NCBI RefSeq assembly: GCF_009914755.1
Contig: NC_060927.1
Source: the human T2T-CHM13v2.0 reference genome, Homo sapiens
Length of the DNA stretch: 64,000 bases
Direction: 5' to 3' (one strand)
The position numbers and the translations under genes are program-made. The notes below the pieces were generated by a model, which worked only from the letters and a program-made list of their open reading frames with translations, did not search any database and had not been told where the DNA came from. Shown here piece by piece: positions 1-12,952 of this stretch; positions within the stretch are counted from its first letter, which is position 1, and each line of letters opens with the position of its first letter.

Positions 1-1500
1 GAAAACTAATAAAAATTCTATGCCTTAACTTTTATCACACTGCTTTTTAATTTTTTGTTGTTTCTATTTATATCTTACGGTATTCACTATGTCCTGAAAA
101 GTTGTAATAGTTATTGTTTTTGATTAGTTTATCATTTAGTCTTTCTGCATAGATAAGAGTAGTTTACACACCACCATTGCAGTGTTATAACATTCTTTGT
201 TTTTCTGTGTACTTAATATTACCAGTGAGTTTTGTACCTTCAGGTGACTATTCATTGCTCATTGATGTCCTTTTCTTTCTGATTGCAGTGCTCCCTTTAG
301 CATTTCTTGTAGGACAGGTCTAATGTTGATTAAATCCGTCAGCTTTTGTTTGTCAAGGTCTTTATTTCTCCTTTATGTTTGAAGGATATTTTCACCAGAT
401 ATACTATTCTATGATTAAAGTTTTTTCCTTCAGCACTCTTCATATGTCATGCCACTCCCTCCTGTCCTCTATGCTTTCCACAAAGAAGTCTGCTGCCAGA
501 CATATTGGAGCTCCATTGTATGTTATTCGTTTCTTTTCTCTTGCTGCTTTTAGGAAACTTTCTTTATCTTTGATCTTTGAGAGTTTGATCATTAAATGCC
601 TTGAGGTAGTCTTTGGGTTAAATCTGCTTTGTCTTCTATGACCTTCTTGTATTTGGATATTGATATCTTTCTCTAAAGTTTGAAAGTTCTCTGTTATTAT
701 TCCTTTGAATAAACTTTCTACCCCTATCTCTTTTTTACCTTCTCTTTAAGGCCAATAACTCTTTGAATTGCTCTTTTCTAGATACTGTAGAATCTAGAGG
801 CTATTTTCTAGATTCTGTAGATGGTCTTCATGGTTTGTTATTCTTTTCTTTTTCTTTTTTGTCTTCTCTAACTGTGTATTTTCAAATAACCTGTCTCCAA
901 GCTCACTAATTCTTTCATCTGCTTGATCCATTCTGCTATTAAAGGACTCAAACACATTCTTCAGTATACCAATTACATTTTTCAGCTCCAGAATTTCTGC
1001 TTGATTTTTTAATTATTTCAACCTCTTTATTAAATTTTTCTGATAGAATTCTGAATTCCTTCTCTGTGTTATGTGGTATTTTTTTGAGTTTCCTCAACAC
1101 AGCTATTTTGAATTCTCTGTCTGAAAAGTCATATATCTCTATTTCTCTCAGGTGCCTTATTTAATTCATTTGATGAGGTCATGGTTTCCTGGTTGATGCT
1201 AATGCTAGTAGCTGTTCTTTGGTGTCTGGACACTGAATGGTTAGGTATTTATTGTGGTCTTCACTGTTTGGGCTTATTTGTAGTCAGTCTTTTTGGGAAG
1301 GCTTTCCAGATATTTGAAAAGACTTGGGTGTTGTGATCTAACTAGTACCTGCTTTAGTGGGGACCTCAGGCCCAGTAATGCTGTGGTTCTTACAGACTTT
1401 TAGAGGTACTGCCTTGATGATCTTGGACAAGGTCCAGGAGAATTCTCTGGATTGCCAGGCAGAGACTCTTATTCTTTTTTACTTTCTGCCAAACCTACAG

Positions 1501-1546
<46 letters not shown>

Positions 1547-3240
1547 GAACCACTTAAAGCTGGAGGTGGGGTGTTACAATTGCTTCTATGGCCACCACCA
1601 TTGTAACTGCACTGGGTCAGACTTGAAGCCAGCACAGCACTAGGTCTCACACAAGGCGTGCTGTAACCACTCCTTGGCTACTGCATGTGTTCACTCAAGA
1701 CCCTGGAGCTTTATAATCAGCAGGTGGCAAAGTCAGCCAGGTCTGTTTCCTTGCCTTAAGGTTGGCAAGGTCCCCCAAATTCTGGGTTGGTCCAGATGTA
1801 CTGTCTTGGAATCAGGGACAAGAGCCAAAAACCTAAGAAGTCTACTTGGTGTTCTATAAGTGCATCTAAGCTGGCACTTAAATCACGAAATGCAGCTCTT
1901 CCCACTCTTCCCTCCCCTTTTCAAAGGCAGAGGAGCGTTCGTTTGTAGCCACCAGCAGTTCAGGCCACAAGGAGTACCACCAGACTACCACCAATGTTCC
2001 CTTAAGGCCAAGGTCTCTTGCTTGTCATGAATTCCTCCTGACCTGGTACTCGTCCTTCAGGGCATTGGGCACTCCTCTGGCCCAGGGCATGTCCAGAAAT
2101 ACCATCCAATTATCAAGTCCTGGAATATGGAGCCCCAGGAAATCACTTGGTGCTATACCCTGCCATGGTCATGCTGGTACCTAAGGTACAAGGCAAAGAC
2201 CCCTTTACTTTTCTTTCTGCTTTCCAAGGCAGATGGAGTTTGCCCTGTAGCCACCACCACTTGTTATGTGCTCAGTCTCACCTGAAACCACCAGGTTTCA
2301 GAGGATCACTGCTGGTTATTCAGGGTCCAAGAGCTCTTCAGTTAGCAGGTGATGAATGCTGCCAAGACTGGGTCTTTTCCTTCAAGGTAGCAGGTTTCCC
2401 TCTGACCTAGAGTGTGTCTAGAAATGTCATCTGGGAGCTAGGGCCTGGAATGGGAGACTCACAACTCTGACTGATGCCCTATCCTGCTATGGCTGAGCTG
2501 GAATCCTAGATACAAGATAAAGTCCTCTTTACACTTCCCTCTCCTCTCCTTAAGCAGAAGGAAGGGGTCTCTTTTGGAACTGTGATTTGTGCAGCCTGGG
2601 GTTAGGGGAGGCTTGATGCCAGCCCTCCCTTGGCTGTCCTAGCTAGCGTCTCAGTATATTAGGAGCCCCGCCCCCCAACCCCACCAGGCAACTGTCTCTG
2701 GACCTATTTCAGCACTAGGACTCACCTAAGAGTTGTAGTCCGTATGGCTTAGACTACCTTTCAAGTTTACTTGGAGACACAGAGTGATGTAGCCCTCTGT
2801 GATGAGGTTTGCAGGTACTCAAGTTTAGACCACTGGGATCTTCGATTTCCCTCTGGCTGGTGTTGGTTTAAATGATCTTTTTGTGGGTGGGCACCAGGTG
2901 CGTTTGGTCTGGTTTTCCCTTCTGCCCTAACAAGATAGCACTGAGTACATTGTCTCAGAATTGCTATGTCCTTTCTCCCCCAGTGTCCAGATATGCTCTC
3001 CCAACCATATTGCTGCTGCACAGGGTGGAGAAGGGTGGCTTTGGCCATTCAGAAGGGTTTTTTCATCTCTTCAGTGCCTCTTTCAGCAATATGAATTTAA
3101 AACCAGGCACTATGAGTGGTCACCTGATTTTTGGTTCTTATGAAGGTGTTTTTTCTCTGTAGATAGTTGTTATCTTGGTGTTCTCATTGAGGGGAATGAT
3201 CACTGGAATTTTCTATTTCACATCTTTCTCTGCCCTCCTC
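1..3240 (-). mobile_element. Old LINE-1 (L1MA/L1M1-type) inter-ORF, ORF1 and 5' UTR, antisense; continues beyond window start
   Basis: Collinear similarity with 17140-20040 (e.g. gtgtacttaatattaccagtgagttttgtaccttcag vs gtgtacttaccgttaccagtgatttttgtaccttcag; gaaatgtcatctgggagctagggcctggaatggg in both); T-rich antisense L1 composition; decayed ORFs. Confidence 0.8.
1503..1544. repeat. (TC)21 microsatellite
   Basis: Perfect dinucleotide run inside the L1 5' region. Confidence 0.95.
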
Positions 3241-3355
3241 CCTTTCCTTGTTTGTTGACGTTCCCTAGCATGCAAAGTAAGTCATGCATGAACGGTGCAC
3301 AATAATTCTTGTTTTGCTTTGATGTGTTAGTTCTTAAGGATATCAAATAGCAGAA

Positions 3356-3412
3356 GTGTATATATATATGTGTGTGTGTGTATATATGTGTGTGTGTGTA
3401 TATATATGTATA
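3356..3412. repeat. Compound (TA)n/(TG)n microsatellite
   Basis: Alternating tatata/tgtgtg blocks. Confidence 0.9.
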
Positions 3413-6156
3413 AAACTTTTAACCAGGAAAATTTAAATTTAATAAATTTGAAGTTATCTAAAATAGCTTATTTATAATTATTAGAGGATTTGGCCAGTTG
3501 ATTTTCGCACTGAGTTCAGCAGTAGACACACAATGGTTGATGACCTTTTTTAAAAAAGCAAATGGGAAAACTAGATTTATAGCATGGATATCAATTCTAT
3601 TTAAGGCAAGATGAAGCTTTTTCTCTTGTGTGTCACCTTCTTTTCGATGGCTCCACTGCACAGTGGGTACTCCAGGGACTGTCACTGTGCTTTTTTGACC
3701 TTGACCTCCAAACATTATGATTCATCTGGGAGCCGACACTTGGCACAGCTGAGCCAATTAGATCCCATCTTCTTTAATTTAAACTTGGAATGGAGAAGTA
3801 TAACTGCCAAAGGTTGTTGCAGATGAATCATTCTGGTGGCCATACCCCAGAGAAAAGATGAACAAACTTGGTGCTTGCCCTTCCAGAAGCTTTTTATTAT
3901 GTCCCATTGGTTTTTCAAAAAAGTATGCACTACATTTATTTTTCTCATTCTGTCAGTTTGGCTTCTATTTCCTATAACTAAAATGATATTAACTATCATT
4001 TCTAGTTTGTTCTCAGAAAACAATAATTTTAAAAATTTCTGAGAAAAATAATTGCTTCCTGCTGACATTCCATCAGAATGTTGACTTTTATCCACAAATT
4101 TATTATTATAATATTATATATAATTATCATATTATAATAAATATGTTTGTTTCATAATATATTATTATACTAATACACTTGCTTATTTAAAGGGCAACAG
4201 TATTGAAAAATTTAAGAAATGCACGGAATTTTTAGTTTTACAATGACAGTCTTTACAGATTGGTTCCTTGCAATTGACTCTTCAGAAACTATAAATTTTT
4301 TATTGTTAACATATCATAGTTTTTCAACTGGAACACAATCAGTATTTTGTCTTTAAGGAGGATTAATGAAGGTGACAGAACTGCATCCTACTCTTGTGGG
4401 AAAATATCAAGAAATCAGTCTAGTTTCAATCAGTCCTGATGAGTTTGTGCAGACTAAAGTGACTCCAGGAAGCCTCTTCAAAGAAATTGAATACCTTTAA
4501 GACAGATGATGTTTTCTTCATTGATATTTTAAAAAAGTCTTCACACATAGTTTCATAAGAGAAAGTAGTGTAGAACTAGTTCAGTATGTTTTAAATAAGA
4601 AAACTGGAATTATGTGAGTGGTAAACATAAGGCCACAGCCTATGTTTTACTGAAAAGTAGGTGGTTGCCTGGAACTCTAAAACCAAGAATAGATAAAGAC
4701 AAAAATTTGTAATAAAAATGTTTAAACCTGGCCAATTTCTTCTTTGTTTTTTATGGAAGAAGAAAACAGAGATTTTAAATCTACTTTTTTTTTCTTCTCT
4801 TGGGTTCTACTTTGTTTTCAAGATTATTTGAAAATGCTTTTTATTTTTAAATGGTGTACATCTCTTTTAATTGTTTAGCTTAATTTTATTTAATAACACT
4901 GTGCAATTGTAATTCATAAGGGCTTTCAAATATATATCTCTAATTTTCATGTGCCCTAAGTAGTGAATATTTTATGCCCATTTTGTGATGAGAAGGTACA
5001 ATCGAGTAGAGTCAATGTACTTTCCCAAATATCATCACTCTCCCTGACTCAGGTCTAAAGTAAAAATTAAGTACAATTCCATAACCCTGAAAAAATGTTA
5101 ATTATCACTAGATGTGAAATAAATACAAATTAAAATGATGAGGTACAACTATAAATTCCACAATATTAGATAATGTGATAGATTGGACAAAAATGAGATT
5201 TCATTAAATTATGCTATTGTACATCTACATTTTCTGGCACAACTATATTTTATGACTTAGTGTCATAACTTTAACTCTCAGCTATACATTTTGAAAGTAA
5301 AGGAACATCTCATAAAAGTTATTCACATTCTAAACTAATTTATGTAAAAAGAAATAGTTTATTCTAGGTAGATTTTTCTTTGTCAATATCTCATGTTTTC
5401 TTTAATTAAATTAAACATAATGGCCTCACTTTATAATATTAAAGATGTTAGTCATTATTGGCAGTCTTAATTTTGTGTGTGTGGTGTGTGGGTGTGCACA
5501 CTCATAGATGTTCGTGTTTTCCTGGCCGTAACTTCAGGTAAGATCTTGTCATGTCAGCATTGTAAATTTATTCAGACTCCAGACCTTCCTTTTTCATTAA
5601 ATTAACCAATCGATGTCTAAGGCAATCAGTGGATTCTGCAGAAGCTGATATGCCTTTTACAGCAGTTCAGCAACAAGATTTGCTCACTTCCTTAGTTCTG
5701 TGTTACACTTTAAATTTCATTAGCTGATCTTCCAAAATAATAATGGCTTCATTGTTTCACTGAACATTTTAAAATCATCATTGAAAGTTCGATTGGATTT
5801 ACATAGTTTTATAGATAGAATTATAAAATCATATACCTGAAATGTTTGTATAACATTAATTTTGGAGTTGTACCTTTGCCATGTATTTTTAAAACCACTC
5901 TAATAGCTTTAAAACAATTTCTTGAGAATAAGAGAATTATTCTTATGAGAGGTTATCAAGTTCTATTTTAAAGCAATGACAACTAATACAAGGTTAGAAG
6001 TAAAAGATTTTCCTTGAGTCTTACATTCTGCATCCTGGAAGCAACTTTCCAATCAACAGTTTTCATGGTTCATGGTTTCATCTTCTAAGGGATTCTTCCT
6101 TTCCCTAGATGCTCCCTAGCCATATATGAAAGTCAAATTTAAAATATGCCATCCTC

Positions 6157-8004
6157 TACAAAATCAGTGTGCAAAAATCACAAGCATTCTTATACACCAA
6201 TAACAGACAAATAGAGAGGCAAATCATCAGTGAACTCCCATTCACAATTGCTTCACAGAGAATGAAATACCTGGCAATCCAACTTACAAGGGACATGAAG
6301 GACCTCTTCAAGGAGAACTACAAACTACTGCTCAATGAAATAAAAGAGGATACAAACAAATGGAAGAACATTCCATGCTCATGGGTAGGAAGAATCAATA
6401 TCGTGAACATGGCCATACTGCCCAAAGTAAGTTATAGATTCAATGCCATCCCCATCAAGCTACCAATGACTTTCTTCACAGAACTGGAAAAAACTACTTT
6501 AAAGTTCATATGGAACCAAAAAAGAGTCCACATTGCCAAGTCAATCCTAAGCCAAAAGAACAAAGCTGGAGGCATCACGCTACCTGACTTCAAACTATAC
6601 TTCAAGGCTACAGTAACCAAAATAGTATGGTACTGTTACCAAAACAGAGATATAGACCAATGGAACAGAACAGAATCCTCAGAAATAATGCCACATATCT
6701 ACAACCATCTGATCTTTGACAAACCTGACAAAAACAAGCAATGGGGAAAGGATTCCCTATTTAATAAATGGTGCTGGGAAAACTGGCTAGCCATAGGTAG
6801 AAAGCTGAAACTGGATCCCTTCCTTACACCTTATACAAAAATTAATTTAAGATGGATTAAAGACTTCAATGTTAGACCTAAAGCCATAAAAACCCTAGAA
6901 GAAAACCTAGGCAATACCATTCAGGACATAGGCATGGGCAAGGACTTCATGTCTAAAACACCAACAGCAATGGCAACAGAAGCCAAAATTGACAAACGGG
7001 ATCTAATTAAACTAAAGAGCTTCTGCACAGCAAAAGAAACTACCATCAGAGTGAACAGGCAACCTACAGAATGGGAGAAAATTTTTGCAATGTACTCGTC
7101 TGACAAAGGGCTAATATCCAGAATCTATAATGAACTCCAACAAATTTACAAGAAAAAAACAGACAACCCCATCAAAAAGTGGGTGAAGGATATGAACAGA
7201 CACTTCTCAAAAGAAGACATTTATGCAGCCAACAGATGCATGAAAAAATGCTCATCATCACTGGCCATCAGAGAAATGCAAATCAAAACCACAATGAGAT
7301 ACCATCTCACAATTAGAATGGTGATGATCAAAAAGTCAGGAAACAACAGGTACTGGAGAGGATGTGGAGAAACAGGAACACTTTTACACTGTTGGTGGGA
7401 ATGTAAACTAGCTCAACCATTGTGGAAGTCAGTGTGGCGATTCCTCAGGGATCTAGAACTAGAAATACCATTTGACCCAGCCATCCCATTACTGGGTATA
7501 TACCCAAAGGATTATAAATCATGCCGCTATAAAGACACATGCACACGTATGTTTATTGCGGCAATTTTCACAATAGCAAAGACTTGGAACCAAGCCAAAT
7601 GTCCAACAATGATAGACTGGATTAAGAAAATGTGGCACATATACACCATGGAATACCATGCAGCCATAAAAAGGATGAATTCATGTCCTTTGTAGGGACA
7701 TGGATGAAGCTGGAAACCATCATTCTGAGCAAACTATCACAAGGACAAAAAACCAAACACTGCATGTTCTCACTCATAGGTGGGAATTGAACAATGAGAA
7801 CACATGGACACAAGAAGGGGAACATCACACACCGGGGACTGTTGTGGGGTCGGGGGAGGGGGGAGGGATAGCATTTGGAGATATACCTAATGTTAAATGA
7901 CGCGTTACTGGGTGCAGCACACCAGCATGGCACATGTTTACGTATATAACTAACCTGCACGTTGTGCACATGTACCCTAAAACTTAAAGTATAATAAAAA
8001 AAAA
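6157..8004 (+). mobile_element. 5'-truncated LINE-1 (L1PA3/L1PA4-like): ORF2 3' part, 3' UTR and poly(A)
   Basis: ORF 6169-7695 translates to the ORF2p C-terminal part ([44 protein letters not shown]); G-rich 3' UTR tract ~7845-7868; A tail; TSD aaaatatgccatcctc (6141-6156) / aaaaaatgtcatcctc (7999-8014) at a TTT/AAAA endonuclease site. Confidence 0.97.
6169..7695 (+). pseudogene. L1 ORF2p C-terminal fragment (end of RT region plus C-terminal Cys-rich domain), non-functional
   Basis: 508-aa ORF with no true start; first Cys of CX3CX7HX4C changed to Tyr (NNRYWRGC); frameshift near 7670 removes the normal C-terminus. Confidence 0.9.
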
Positions 8005-9079
8005 TGTCATCCTCAAGAACTAAGCAGCCCTCTCAGCCTGCTTCCTAGCTATAGAATTTGGGGCCCCAAGATTTTTTTAAGTTGCTGACTAATCTAATGC
8101 AGGCTGGTAGCTTTACTGGTACTATTCTCAGAAGTACAGCTCATAACTCTCAAAAACATAGTAGTTTTTTCATTTGTTAAAACTAATCTATTCCATGTAC
8201 CAGTATCCAAACTCTTGATCTTGTTGAGATATGCCCCTCTCTCAACTTAACTGCCAGTACCTTGATCTTATCAAGCTTCTTGGGAAAGCCATGCCTTTAA
8301 TATCTTTTCGCTGAACACTTTGTCCAATGAAAAGGATTTACTGGGTGCCAAACGTATCGATTCAAAGTTTTTAATAAAGTCTGTGGTAGCTCAGCCCTTG
8401 AATTAGTTTGTCAACCTTTGCTACTCAAAACATTTCTCAGTGAAAAGAGACAAAAAGCAGTTGGTTCTTTCAACCCTACAAATCATGAATCTTGAGGATC
8501 ATTCATTTTTGTTTTCCTTTGAAAAAATAGCCATTTTATTTTTGTGACCTCATGACTTCTTACAAGTTTGTCAAATACTGTCAAATACAGCCAGTAGCAT
8601 TCAAGACACATTAGTAACATTATGTTTCCCACTCTTTTCACCTGTAACTACAAGCTGATTTGCCACATTACCAATTTACCAAATGTTTCAACACTGTATA
8701 ATATGGGTTGCCATTTTTCCAGCTCTAATAATTATTGTCTTGCCTGGCCTAGAAGACCATATCACACCTTAAAAAAATTGTTATAGCAACACCATACTTT
8801 TATAACCAATTTCTGTAATAAGTCTTGCATTAACTAAGTTATGTTGTCATAAGAAATGACCCGAAATCTCCGTGGTGGCTTACAACAACCAAATTTTATT
8901 TCTCGTTCACATTATATGCTAGCTGTGGGGTTTAGTCCTGTGGCTCTTTTTAATTCTGTACATACAGATTTAAGGATCAGTTCTTTTCTGAAATGTGTTT
9001 TTCTGAGGCAAAAGAAAAATAGAAAAATTAGAATAATGTGATGGCTCTTGATACTTCTACTTAGGAATGCCATATATAA

Positions 9080-9473
9080 GCCGGGCACGGTGGCTCACGC
9101 CTGTATTCCCAGCACATTGGGAGGCTGAGGTCACTTGACATCAGGAGTTCAAGACCAACCTGGTCAATAAGGTGAAACCCCATCTCTACTAAAAATACAA
9201 AAATTAGCTGGGCATGGTGGCAGGCACCTGTAGTCCCAGCTACTTAGGAGGCTGAGGCAGGAGAATTGCTTGAGCCCAGGGGGGCAGAGGTTGCAGTGAG
9301 CCAAGATTGTAACACTGCACTCCAACCTGTGTGACTGACTGAGCGAGACTTCGTCTCAAAACGTCAAAAAAAAAAAAAAAGAAAAGAGAAAGAAAGAAAA
9401 AGAAAGAAAGGGAAGAAAGAAAAAGAGAGAGAGAAAGAAAGAAAGGAAAGAAAGAAAGAGAAAGAAAGAAGGA

Positions 9474-9525
<52 letters not shown>

Positions 9526-9544
9526 GGAAAGAAAGAAAGAAAAA
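9080..9544 (+). mobile_element. AluS with A tail expanded into a (GAAA)n purine tract
   Basis: gccgggcacggtggctcacgcctgta start, dimer linker taaaaatacaaaaattag; TSD aatgccatata(t/c)aa on both sides. Confidence 0.95.
9366..9544. repeat. 179-bp pure polypurine (GAAA)n-rich STR
   Basis: Only A/G on the + strand; about 13 perfect GAAA units at ~9472-9523. Confidence 0.95.
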
Positions 9545-9699
9545 TGCCATATACAATTTCTGTCCTCATTACATTGGCAAGACACAGAATCAAGCCTAAT
9601 GTTAATCAATGAGTACAGAGGGGGAGGTGCAGTCCTCTTAGTTTGGGCAGGAAGTGATTAGGAGTAATTATATAATCTTTTACACTCTCCCAAAATATA

Positions 9700-10450
9700 A
9701 GAGGAATGCAAATTAAAACAAGAATGAGACACCATTTGACACATATCTGATTGGCAAAAATCCAGTATGTTGATCATGCCAAAATCAGAACTCTCATTCT
9801 CTGCTGTTGAAACTATAAATTGACATAATCCCTTTAGAAAAAAATTAGTAATGTTTAGTAAAGCTGTGGAGTTTATGATCCAGAAGTTTCTTATTTTTCC
9901 AGGAAAATATTCCCACATGTATTCCTGATGGCATGTGCAAGGCAGCTCATCACAGCATTATTTTTAATTGCAAATAGTGTTCAGCAGCTAAATGGATCAG
10001 CAAATTTTAGAAATTATGGCATTTACTTATGATGGGATGCTAAACATCAGCTGTAACAAATAAACTGCATCTACATGTATCAGCATGGATAACTCAAGAA
10101 TTAATGTAAAAAATAAATTTAAAAAATATATTTAAAGTAGACATTAAATTTTAAAACACACAGAAGCATACTATATATTATTTATTTACGTATTTCTATA
10201 TTGCAAAAGATATAATAACAAGGACAAGAAAGAAACAAATCAAACTAGGGAGAAGAAGTAGCAAAACAAAGAAGAGGAAATGGAATAAGAAGAAAGGCTT
10301 CAACTGTATCTTTAAGATTTTATTTGCTTTAGAAAGAAATAAATACAGCAAACCATTATCATGGAGAAATGTTTTCATTTATTACATCTGGTGTGTGTCA
10401 CATATATCATATGTTTGAAATATTTCTTAAATAAAGAATAAGTTATATAA
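9700..10450 (+). mobile_element. Ancient L1ME/L1MD-type ORF2 end and 3' fragments
   Basis: gaatgcaaattaaaacaagaatgagacaccattt matches the L1 '[11 protein letters not shown]' motif; highly diverged. Confidence 0.6.
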
Positions 10451-11999
10451 GTAATGGTAAATTTGTACTATAAATTTAATCTACATTATGCAAATAAAAA
10501 CAGCTCCATTTTATGTTAAGTAAAAAAATCATTTAGAGGAAAAATATGTACAGAGTTATAGTATTGCTGAAAGAATTAAACATGAAATTATGTATTTCCA
10601 AGTGGATATACATATGTTTATAAAAGCATATAAAAAAATCTAGAAGAACATAGGCTAAATCATTAACAGTGGCTACTGAAGATGAGCAGTTTGGGATTAG
10701 GGAAAGAGGCAGGTGACATTTCCTTTAGTTATATTGTCTGAATTTAAAAATTGCTATTATTATATTTTATAATTTTATATTATCTTTACGATAAAAATTG
10801 AAAGAGTTGATCATTGAAAGCTCAGCAATGGTGATAGTTATCTGCCACCATGACATTATTACATTTCATTTTGCTGAGATGATGCTGGAAACTTTACAAG
10901 GTGTCCATAAAATCTGGAAATGTAAATATAACATCATCAAGTACAATTTCTGTCTTTAAAAAATAAATAATATTATCTACATTTTCAGGCTTCATTGAAA
11001 CTTTATGATATGAGATGTGCCAACAATAATGAGTAAGGATAATCAATATCAAGAAAGGTGTTCTTTAAATACTTATTTTAAATTGTTTGAGAAATAGCCC
11101 TTGGAAACATGAGCATTCTTGAAGAATGTAGAATCATGCAGTTCCTAGAAAGTTAGTTCAGCTGAGGGTTTTCTGAAATAAAATTATTTTTGCTTATAGA
11201 GAACAAGGAGCAGTAAAATTAAAAACAAGCCTACTGTATTTTTTTGTCATTTTCTCCAAACAAAATTTTAATACTTTAAAAATGTTTGGAGTATTTTCAT
11301 GCCATTATTTAGGCTATAAATGGGTAAAGTGCAGTGCAACAGGGTTCTACTTTTATCTCTTTAGAAAGATTTATGTAACCTCAGAAATGTCCTCTATCTC
11401 TTCTCACACTTTTCACCACAAGGTCCTTTAATTGCAGCATTTATTTTCTCTCCACTTTGGAGATTATACATTATTAGGTTTTTATTCAAGGGAAGCTTAG
11501 AAACATACTTGGTCTACTTTTCTTCATTTCAAATTGTAGGTCATTATGTGACTATGACTTAGTTCAGAAACTGTATCTTCTACCAAATAAACCATTTCTA
11601 CTTGTATAACAAAAATAAAAATGAATATATATAGATATATTTAAATGCATTATGATTGCCCACAATTTTTACGTGCTATTCCATGAGCTCAGAATCCCAT
11701 GCTACAGAATCCCATGTAGATCTCCCTTCTAGTTGGTAACAGTGTATTGGAGATGGATGAGGATCTGAGTCCCCCTGAATGGAAATAACAGAATCTCACA
11801 TAAGCTGACTCAGCACTATCTATAAGCCATGGATACTTATAGATAGTGGATACAGTAGGCAGGGTCAGTAGAAACGTCCATGAGAGTTTGGGTAATCCAA
11901 ATATCCATAGGGTGTGAGAACATACTACACTTTGAAAGGAACAGTATACAGCAACCACCCTTTACTTGTAGTGATGCTATCATGTCCATCTTTTCACTG

Positions 12000-12340
12000 T
12001 TACCACTTCAAAATTCATTGGCCTGACTTCCAATTGTCAGCATATTTAACTACCAACATATTTATGTTTTGCATGAAGACTTTATCTTGTGGCTGGATTC
12101 CAGTTTGTGGACAATTAGTGTCCCTTAGGAACAGCCCTCAATGAATGACCTATGAGAAGCTGGTGTAAAAGCACCCCAACTTCTTTACCCCTTAAGTGGG
12201 ATAATTCTGAGGTGCATGCCACTCTTACTGTCATAATTTCCCCAGCTGGATTAAACTGCAGTTACTCATGTTGGTAGCTGGCATGAAAACATCCCCTTTA
12301 TGTGCTGCCTTAGTATCTGGAGGAACCCAAATTAAAATAG
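12000..12340 (+). mobile_element. LTR16-like ERVL solo LTR fragment
   Basis: gtgggataattctgaggtgcatg...ttccccagctggattaaactgcagttactcatg and 3' end ggaggaacccaaattaaaa resemble the LTR16 consensus. Confidence 0.55.
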
Positions 12341-12354
12341 CATTATTGCCTTCA

Positions 12355-12870
12355 TTTTTATGATTTTATTATTTATGTTTTAATTGACAAATATAAATTA
12401 TATATATTTATGATATGCAATGTTTTGATATATGTATAGATTGTGGAATGACTGAATAAGCTAATTAATATATCCATTATCTCACATACTTATTTTTTGT
12501 GGAGGGGAGCGGGGAGGGATAGCATTGGGAGATATACCTAAGGCTAGATGACGAGTTAGTGGGTGCAGCGCACCAGCATGGCACATGTATACATATGTAA
12601 CTAACCTGCACAATGTGCACATGTACCCTAAAACTTAAAGTATAATAAAAAAAAAGTCTATTAGCAATTTTCAAGTGTGTAATGTATTGCAAAAGGTGTA
12701 AGAACAAGGATGAGAATAATTATTATAGTTACTATGATATACAGTGTATCTCTTGAATGTATTTTTCTTGTCTAACTGAAATTTCATGTCCCTTGACCAA
12801 CATATCTCCAGTCTCCTCGCTCCCTAGCCTCTGGTAACTGCCATTGTACTTGTTGTCTTCTGTATCCTAA
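12355..12870 (-). mobile_element. L1MA (L1MA8/9-like) 3' end fragment, interrupted by a young L1
   Basis: ttaattgacaaatataaatt...ctcacatacttattttttgtgg | ttagcaattttcaag...ctaactgaaatttcatgtcccttgaccaaca. Confidence 0.7.
12503..12655 (+). mobile_element. Very short young L1 3' end (L1PA2-like)
   Basis: Near-perfect young L1 3' UTR; diagnostic GAG (not Ta ACA) in gacgagttag and A in aacttaaagt; A tail. Confidence 0.93.
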
Positions 12871-12952
12871 CTTAACTGCTTAGAATAATTTGTAAAGGAT
12901 TTGACTGCAGTCCAAACTGAGACAAATAAACCCTTCAGTGAAACGGCACCAT

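Larger units (their letters stand above)
8270..9700 (-). mobile_element. MLT1-type MaLR LTR (~8813-9700, split by an Alu) with adjoining internal-region remnant
   Basis: Internal/LTR junction motif caccatacttttataaccaatttctgtaataag; LTR-like tggcttacaacaaccaaattttatttctcgttcaca; resumes after the Alu tail. Confidence 0.55.

Noticed and set aside
4095-4175. AT-only quasi-palindromic stretch, also a partial match to the 41139 filler
   Set aside because: Low complexity; only ~14 bp match versus 25/26 at 44079.
9240-9609. Phe/Leu/Ser-rich ORFs resembling membrane proteins
   Set aside because: Translation artefacts of the (TTTC)n repeat and Alu.
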